This document shows, one piece after another, positions 53,256 to 64,000 of a stretch of DNA of 64,000 nt (position 1 is the stretch's first letter; every line of letters begins with the position of its first letter). The stretch is from the human T2T-CHM13v2.0 reference genome, Homo sapiens. Under the pieces are notes generated by a model. It was not told the DNA's origin, made no database searches, and was given only the letters and a program-made list of their open reading frames with translations. The stretch lies in assembly GCF_009914755.1 (NCBI RefSeq), contig NC_060942.1. One strand, given 5' to 3'. The translations under genes were made by a program, and so were the position numbers.

Positions 53256-54477
53256 CATAAATGTCCGGGACCTGACCTGTTTCAAATTAATGATATTTCT
53301 GCAGTTTATATATCTTAATGTGAAATGACTGCAATGACTACAAAGGAAAAGATGGTTGCCCAAGGGATGTGTTTAATAATGTGAGACACATAATTTGGTA
53401 GGAAATGAATGAATTAGGAAGATATATACGGCTTACAAAATGTTTCATTTTTATAAATGTGTTATGCATAACAATTAAAGTACCTACTAAATTTTAATAA
53501 TTGTTTTGCATAAATCAGAAACATCTGGGTTTATATGAAATAAAAAAGTTACCCAGTATAAAAAAACTAAAATATGTATTGACATAGATTTGTTCAATCA
53601 TCATTCCGGCATCAACGAATAATTATTGAACACTTACCTTATTTCCCATCACTGAGGACTCAGCACAAAATGACACAAAGTCTCTTCTCTCATGGACCTT
53701 GTGTTCTCCCAGGAGAGAAAGAAAACCAATAAGGAAGAAATGCATAATAGTGGTGTGTTACATTATTTTGCTTTGTAAACAATCATATATTACTTCAGAT
53801 AGTATTTACTGCTATGGGGAGAAATAAATCAGGGTGAATGGTATAGTTAGTAATATGGGATGGAGAGATTGCAGAAGGAGGCAGTTTTTGACAATGTACC
53901 CAGAGGAGGAAAGACCACATCTTAGCCACTCTTTCTCCCCCATGTTGCTGATGAGGAGCACAAAGTCAGGTACCGTAGGCTCTCCATATAATTTTGCTAA
54001 GTCAAAATGTTATCATTGTTACAAAAATATCTATTATGACTGACATGCTTTGATATTCTTAAATATTTTTTGAGATTTTACCTTAAGATATATTTCTCTT
54101 GCCCAGAAAGCCTTCAATTATTATTGAAGTGAAAATGTTATATCCACAAAGGAACTAATTTGATTTGATTTTCCCCCTCTTGCAATGAGCTGTAAGCACA
54201 CTTGAAGAGGAATGCTGGTCAATTGATATCCTTGCTGACAGTGAGTCACCAAATGTCACATTTGGCAATGTGGATGTTCAATTTTAGAATATTAGAACAC
54301 AAGAAAATAGACTTGACACTAAAATTTCACTGAATGTAATCCAATCATTGATGATTCAGAAGCACCTTAAGCTCCTGTGGTGTCTTGCTGTGAATATCAC
54401 TTGATTCTGCTTATGTTTCAATCAATAGAGACTCACGAATTTTATGGTAGATAGAGATGGCATGAGTACATGTGGGC

Positions 54478-54482
<5 letters not shown>

Positions 54483-54523
<41 letters not shown>

Positions 54524-54529
54524 ATTGGT

Positions 54530-54569
<40 letters not shown>

Positions 54570-54580
54570 AATTGGTGGTA
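54483..54580. repeat. Duplicated (TA)n microsatellite cassette
   Basis: (TA)n followed by tttaattggtggta, twice in tandem. Confidence 0.95.
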
Positions 54581-54617
54581 GGACAGCAGGTAAATCACAT
54601 ACCTACCAGAAAGTTGT

Positions 54618-55040
54618 TGCATTCATCCATTTTGTGTTGCTATAAAGGAATACCCAAGGATGGGTAATTTATAAAGAAAAGAGGTTTATTTGGCTCACAG
54701 TTCTTTCTGCAGACTGTACAAGAAATGTGGTACCAGCTTCTGATTCTGGTGAGGCCTCAGGAAGCTTTTACTCATGGCAGAAGATGGGAGTGGGCGTGTC
54801 ACATAGTGAGAGAGGGAGCAAGACAGAGAGAGGGGAGGGAGGTTCCAGTATCCCTTTAACAACCAGCTGTCACGCGAGCTAATAGAGTGAGAACTCACTC
54901 ATCACCACGGGGATGGCAACGAGCCATTCACTGGGGATCTGCCCCCCATGAGCCAAACACCTCCAACAAGACCCACCTCCAACATTAGAGATAACATTTC
55001 AACATGAGATCTGGAGAAGAAAAATGTCCAAACAATGTCA
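54618..55040 (-). mobile_element. MSTB-like MaLR LTR
   Basis: gttgctataaaggaatacc...gggtaatttataaagaaaagaggtttatttggctcacagttc...cccacctccaacatt...tttcaacatgagat. Confidence 0.88.
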
Positions 55041-55789
55041 ATACTGAATAAGTTCCACATGAAATAAATATAAAGCAGTAAAAAGTTGAAAAGAAAACTT
55101 AACAGAGAATGATCCTATACTTTGGAGACCATGGTATTATGTTATCCTGGAGATTCTATGTATTATTGGTTTGTAAGCAAGACTGTGGCTTTCACAGACC
55201 CCTCCTCACACTCTCCCAGGCCAGGCAGCAGAAGAGCTGAGTTGGCAGGAAAGCGAAGTCATGTTCCAGCGTCCCACGGCATGTATCTGAGATCAGCCAT
55301 GGTGATCACGTCATGGCCAGGAGGACTCTGTCAAGCGCCGCTCCAGCCTTTTGTGTTTCCTTTGGCCTTTGGAATAAATCCCCACCCCCGATTCCTTTTC
55401 AGGTTTTCATCTCTAGCTCACCCAGGCCAGACAGTCCTCACACACATGCACCACTCCAAAACTTGTTTCAGGAAGTCATTTAATTGCAAACACTTTGCTC
55501 TTTGGAGTTACACAAATGAGTCTATGTTTTTTTCTGTTCTGTGGCATATTTGCATTTTAATCCTCATTTAATTTTGTCTAGAAGTACTACATTTTTTATT
55601 GGGGGTTTCGGAAACTGACTGGGAAATGTGTCTCACCTCCCCTCAGGGAGGGGGCTAACAAGCACTATTTATTATCACCATCATCATCATCCTCATCATC
55701 ACCAGTAGTTTCAAAGCTCTTACATGGGACCATCCTTTCCAATATCCTAAAATGGCAACTACAAACTGTCAACCACTGCCCTCATTCAT

Positions 55790-56575
<786 letters not shown>

Positions 56576-56698
56576 AAATAAGGCTCACTATGGCTTTCTC
56601 ACAAAGAATATTCGAAGGCTTCCTTCTGGCTCTACCACACTATGGTTCCCTGGCACAGGTTCTTTAATCTACTTATTGTATCTAATCCAAAGCCATAA

Positions 56699-57385
<687 letters not shown>

Positions 57386-58271
57386 TCACAGAGGCACTTT
57401 TACAGAGGAGTGCCTGGTGCTGGACAGGTAACAAGTCCACATACTCTGGGCAGCGCCAAACACCCTGTGGAAACTACATGGCCACGGCAGTCACGCCTAG
57501 AATCCTTTGTGCGGTGTTCACATAGAATGCTTTGGCCCCCATTGTGCCACTCAGGGCACCTGCCTTGAAATACCCGCGACGCTCGGATCGGAGTCTGACG
57601 ATGGTCAGCAGGTGGCACTCTCGTTTTAGGATTCCAGCTCCTAAGTAAGTAACAAGGGAAAATTTCAGGCCCATATAAAAAATTATTTATATATTTTTTT
57701 CTCTGCCAAGCCAGAAATGTACTCCATTTTCTTTAATCAGGTTCATTTACTTCCTACTGTGGGACTTCAATTGGGTAATAGTCAACCAGACTTCTCCCCC
57801 TGGCTACTTTCTTTCCTAGAGCAGGGTATTTACGTTTGAGATTTGCCGGAGTTTGGGAGCTGTATGTGAAGGCCTGGCAGAAACAACAGAAACGCTGTGT
57901 TTTACACGCAGAGCTCGACTGGCCCTCCCCGTTAGCTCCAAGTGGCCTCGTGCAGACACAAGGGCGCATCTGGCCGGGGCTATGTTTACCCTGGGGTGCC
58001 CAGACTGTGTCTGCTGCCCTGTCTGAGACCAGCAGAGCCCACAGGAGGGAGCCCCAAAGCTGGATGAAAGTCGCGGCAACAAGGCGAGGGAGGCTGAGTC
58101 TGAGGCTGAGGGCTCTAAGCTGCGCCTTGGTTTCCTCCTGCGAGGTGCAAAGGGCATGGACAGCTACAGACAGCAGTGGGAGCACTGGCTCACTCACTCC
58201 TTCACTCACTCATTCATTCAGCAAATACTCATGCAAAGCCTCCACTATTCCAAAAACTCCATTTTGTTTAT

Positions 58272-58820
58272 GGTATCAGCCAGCGTTCAGCCAGGGAACA
58301 GAAGCCACACCAGTTATCTGAAGAGAGACAATGTAATAATAAAGAATTGTAAACCATGCATTCGGTTGAAGCTGGGGAACTAAAAAAACAAAAGGATAAT
58401 GGTGGATGCCAGGGAGGAGGTAACAGCAGGGAGCGGCTGCCACCCCTGAGGCTGGAGACACCAGGACCTAAAAGCTCAGGGGCCCGCAGAGCTGCTCAGC
58501 TGCTGCCGGTCTCTGGGTGTGTGTGATGAGGTTGGTTCTGTGAGTGTTAGGAACACTGCAAACTGGATTCAGCTGCTGCTATGGTGAGGGACTGACACGG
58601 CTGGGAGGGAGTGTGAACACTCAAGAATGGGGAATGGACAGGAAAACCAAGTCCCTCCTTGCTCCCCTCCTTACCAGTTCCTTCTAGCACCTTCCACTGG
58701 CACAGCCTGACAGGAAGCTGGAGGCACAGCAAGGATGTGGCTCACAGTTCAACCCCACCCTCAGAGGGCAGAGCGCGGACGGGATTTGGAGCCCTGAGAC
58801 AATAGTTGAGTCCCTGGCAC
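58272..58820 (-). mobile_element. Ancient LTR (LTR78/LTR33-like)
   Basis: tatcagccagcgttcagccagggaacagaagccacaccagttatctgaagagagac...ataaagaattgt resembles a reverse-complemented old LTR 3' end. Confidence 0.55.
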
Positions 58821-59351
58821 ACTCACAGAACCGCATTCTCACCCCCCTGGGCTGTGACCCAGCCTAGCAGTGGCGGGAGAGGGAGCGAGTGGGACTGGAG
58901 TATTGGTCCTCAGCACATGGCTCCCAGCCTAGACGGGAGAAGGGAGTCGGTTGACTCATTTCCTTTTATTGCTCAAATGTGACATAAAATTTCACTAAAG
59001 GTCACACCATAGCACAGCTTATTTCCTCTCTTTTGCCAGAAGTTCCTTATAAAATTTCCTCACTCTATCTTGTCACAGCCCCCGCACCCATGACATCTTC
59101 ATGGTCTCTCAGTATGGTTTTACTTTTCATACAAATCGGATCCAAGGGGAGGGAAGCATGTCAAAATGCCACTGTGGGTCTTTTGTTGCATGAAAATGTA
59201 CATGTTGCGTTGAATTAATGCACTTTTAAACTAGACCTAGCTACTATGCTTTTCAACAGCTTTCATCATGATGGTAACATCTTCCTTGTTAAATCTAATC
59301 AATTTCATAGGTATTGGCATTTCCATTCTTTGATAGGATGTTTACTTATGC

Positions 59352-59979
<628 letters not shown>

Positions 59980-60150
59980 TGCATTTTTTCTAAATTTGGG
60001 GAAAGTAGAGGTAGAAGGGATTGGGAAGGTTGAGGTCCAAAGGAGAGAAAACGGAAGTGAACGGGAAATTATTTTGAAGACTACGTGGCCACTGCCTTTT
60101 ATCTAAGAAATGCATTGGACAACAAGCAACAATGGGCAAGACCAACCTGA

Positions 60151-60496
<346 letters not shown>

Positions 60497-60544
60497 ACCA
60501 GACCAGAAATATTTAAGATGAAGGTTATGTCTGGTTTATCTTTG

Positions 60545-61016
60545 GCAATATATTGCCTTCTGCTTTTTCTTATGCTTCACAGCCCAGAAGCTTGAAAACG
60601 ACATTTCCCCTTCTCCCTTGCTACAGGTGCTTTGCATACATCTTTAATCCTATCAATGAGATAAACTCACTTGATATTTGGAAAGTGGAAGCGTGACAGA
60701 AGCCTTGTTTTGTCTCTTTCTCTGGAAGTTATGGTCATGCTCTCGCCAGACAGGAGTTATTCAGCAGCCTCAGCCTCGACATCTTGTTTATGTCATGTCT
60801 ACAGAGGGTCTGTGAACTCTGTAGCAATTGTCTCTAGTTTCATCCACTCTAGGCAACATCAACTCTTAACTCTAACAGCAAACCTGAATGTCATGGTGGC
60901 CCCTAGATTGTTGCTCCTTTAGACTTCCAATAGTGTGATAAGCACCCAGGCCCCTCCATGAAATCCCTTCCTGCTTGACCTAACTAGAATGGTCTTTGTT
61001 TTCCTGAGCAAACCCA
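60545..61016 (+). mobile_element. LTR33-like ERVL LTR
   Basis: The end aaatcccttcctgcttgacctaactagaatggtctttgttttcctgagcaaaccc resembles the LTR33 terminus. Confidence 0.6.
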
Positions 61017-62120
61017 TATTCATTCTGAGGATGGGAGGAAATATAGACAAAAAGGCATACCCCACCATAAAGTCACTTTATTCAACAGGGTTAGTCTTAT
61101 TTTACCACATTTACTAGGTAGACAAGTTTTAAGAAGCTCAGGAGACCATATTCTATACATTTCTTGATGACCAAAGTTAGATTTAGATAAATATTGAGAG
61201 ATGAGAGATGCAGAGACCTCTTTGCCCTGCCAGAGTTTAAAATATCCTTATAGTGTCTTTAGTATACAAGGGACAGCTGAGGTGAAAATGAGGAGAAAAT
61301 GGCTTTTTTTTTTTTTGCCAATATGATCCAGGCAATGCAAATAAGAAACAAGTGGAGGGTTCCCTCTTTCATTGCAGATGACAATAACTGAGAGTCACTT
61401 TTCATGTAGTAGATCTGGCTCAAGACTTTTATGAAATGTGAAATTTAATATTCATTCCTGAAATGAGGATTCATCTCTTTAAAAGCTGTTCACTATTTCA
61501 CTCCAGATGTAAGTACCCACATGGGATGGATTGAGGTGGCCACATCAATTCTGTCTTCCCAGGGGTTCCTGATAATGTAGGGAAAGAATTTAGTCCCTGA
61601 GACTTTAAATTGTTTTGAAGAGTGCTTGCCACAGATATGCTTTTTCTCTCTGCTCTATTTCCCCCTCTTTATCTTTTTAAAAAAGTTTTAATCTGTTTTA
61701 AAGATGCATTATCTTGTGAGTTTGTAAATATAAAAGTTTTATACATTGGAGAGAGTTAAACAAATGCTTTATTATAGTGTCTCATTTATGATTTCTTGCA
61801 TAAGTTCTTTCAGAGTAAATACTGAAAAGTCAAAGGACCTGTCAGGATCATCGGCCATGACAGTGGCTGGATGGAGGCCACCTCATCCATCTGGTCCTGG
61901 CATTTCTGAGAAAGGACCATGCTGAACCATGCAGAGCAAATTTGCAAGGTTATAATTCTTTGATTTGGGTAAAGTGTCTGGTGTTGGAGCTGAGAGGCAT
62001 CAATGGATAATACTTTTTATGCTATTTGCTCTTCTTTAGTGCTATCTCATGGACTGCCTCATTGGTTGTCACAATAATACTGTGAGGTAGGTAGAACAAG
62101 TATCAGCATCCCCCATTTGA

Positions 62121-62454
<334 letters not shown>

Positions 62455-63249
62455 CTACAGTGTGAGAGAGAGGTGCCCTGTTTGGCCAAAACCAGGAGTA
62501 GCACAGAGTCTGCCCTGCACTTTTGGTGTCACCCTAATAATCCTTGGGAAAATTACAGAGTAAGACAAAAAGAAGAACCTTCAAGAAAAGTAGGAATCAA
62601 ACACTGCGAGCTATTCTAATTCTAAAGGGTCAAGAGAATAATAGCTTTATCCTGTCACCTAAACAGTTGGGATTCCATTTGAGAACCAACTCTAGTCAGC
62701 CTTCAGGCTGGTCCATGATCAAGGACCTACAAGACGAAGTGACAGCCCAGTGACTCTACAAGTTCACCTGTCCCTCATCTCCACAGCCCTGCAGCATCAA
62801 TGGGCATGCTGTGAATGCTGGAGGACTGACCAGCATGCCCCGATTGTTCTCTATTACTTGGAGTGTTAAGTCTTATCTCCTTGGCTAGATTGAAAGAATC
62901 GGGAATAGAAGCTATATGCTAGAAAGCCATGCACAGCCAGCCACTGTGGCTGTCCTACCTGGTAGCCCAGCTCACATGAGACTGACCCAGGACACCACGG
63001 GACCACTCCAGACCCCCTGTTAACCTTTCCTGGCACATCCAAGCAAAGGGCTGATACTCACTGCAAGGTGGTGCCCCACCTTTCCACAGCCCATCACCAC
63101 CACCACCCTCTTCTCCAGAATCTAGCTCTTTAGGCTAATATGGAAATGAAGAAAAGAGGATTTGTCCACGCATGTGACTGAGGAGATAGTTGGAGAGATG
63201 GTCTTAGGGAAAGGTGGGTACAGTGATGCAAATGTCACCGTTTTCTCTC

Positions 63250-63700
63250 TTTCTCTCTCTCTCCCAGTCTATCTTTGCTTATCTTCGTAAATTGGCTTCT
63301 TTCCCTCACCCTAATCCAAACAGATTAGATCTATTTGTCATGGGGTACTGCTAAAACCAGGCTTATGTCCTGTCAAGAGTAGCAACCCCAGAGGAAAGAG
63401 CCGCTCACTCCTGCTTCAGTATAGAGAATTCCCAGGGCCAATTCTCATTGGCCCAGCTTGGGTGACATTTCCCTACTTTGACCTGTCATCAGGTGTGAGG
63501 CTGGTGTTAGGATTTTGCAGGGCGGTTAGTCGGGTGTTCAGGAATATGATTGGAATCCCCACCACAAACCCAGAATCAACAGGAGCTGGGGCAAATCAAC
63601 AGGAGCTGGGGCAAATCAGCAGGAACTGGGGCAAGGCAGTCTTCCAAAGGAAGGGACTATTGATGATGCAGACACCAACTGTCTACCATGATGGTTTGTT
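63250..63700. mobile_element. Old MLT1 (J/K-like) LTR fragment
   Basis: agcaaccccagaggaaagag...ttctcattggcccagcttgggtgacat. Confidence 0.5.
63574..63633. repeat. 20-bp tandem repeat, three copies
   Basis: aatcaacaggagctggggca twice exactly, then a third copy at 18/20. Confidence 0.95.
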
Positions 63701-64000
63701 CTGAAGAGTAACATATGATTTGTGCAGCAGAATTCCTCATAATAATGAAGAAAACAATGAGAGATCATGAATGTTTGACCCCATATATACACACACGTCT
63801 GCACAACTACCTACTGGCAAATTCTCCTGGGGTGAGCAGTGGAATTCAGTTCAGAAGTGATCTTCTTTGGCAGAAACAAGCCAGGAGGAATTCTACGTGA
63901 ACACCATCGTCCCTTGGTGTTATGCCTGGCTCAAGCCAGCATTATCTGTCATTCAGTTTCAGGAGCATCTGACACACCTTTTCATGCTGAGAGCTAATTG

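Noticed and set aside
55122-55571. 149-aa ORF
   Set aside because: TTG start, no recognisable motif, no supporting splice or promoter evidence.
57754-58321. Overlapping 151, 113 and 161-aa ORFs
   Set aside because: Near-cognate starts, GC-rich region and no domain signature.

Overview
Human-type (primate) genomic DNA, gene-poor and dense in repeats. There is one credible protein-coding gene: an intronless 301-codon leucine-rich-repeat ORF (16253-17158, +), which I recognise as LRRC30 (recalled as chr18p11, between LAMA1 and PTPRM; not verified here). The rest is about 40 Alus, decayed L1, L2 and MIR fragments, solo LTRs (MLT1, MER21, THE1, MST, LTR33/78-like), DNA transposons (MER20, MER5, MER58A, Tigger4) and small tandem repeats. 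Nearly all other ORFs in the track are Alu or L1 artefacts. I found no convincing novel multi-gene system. The most notable signals are: an N-myristoyl plus polybasic N-terminus and a ROCO-like C-cap in LRRC30; a 41-bp inverted repeat 2.8 kb apart; two template-switch-like hairpins; a clear Alu-to-Alu gene-conversion tract; two distant AluYs sharing private variants; an AluYa5; an AluYd; and repeated reuse of Alu insertion sites. Repeat subfamily names are from recalled consensus sequences and repeat boundaries are approximate.
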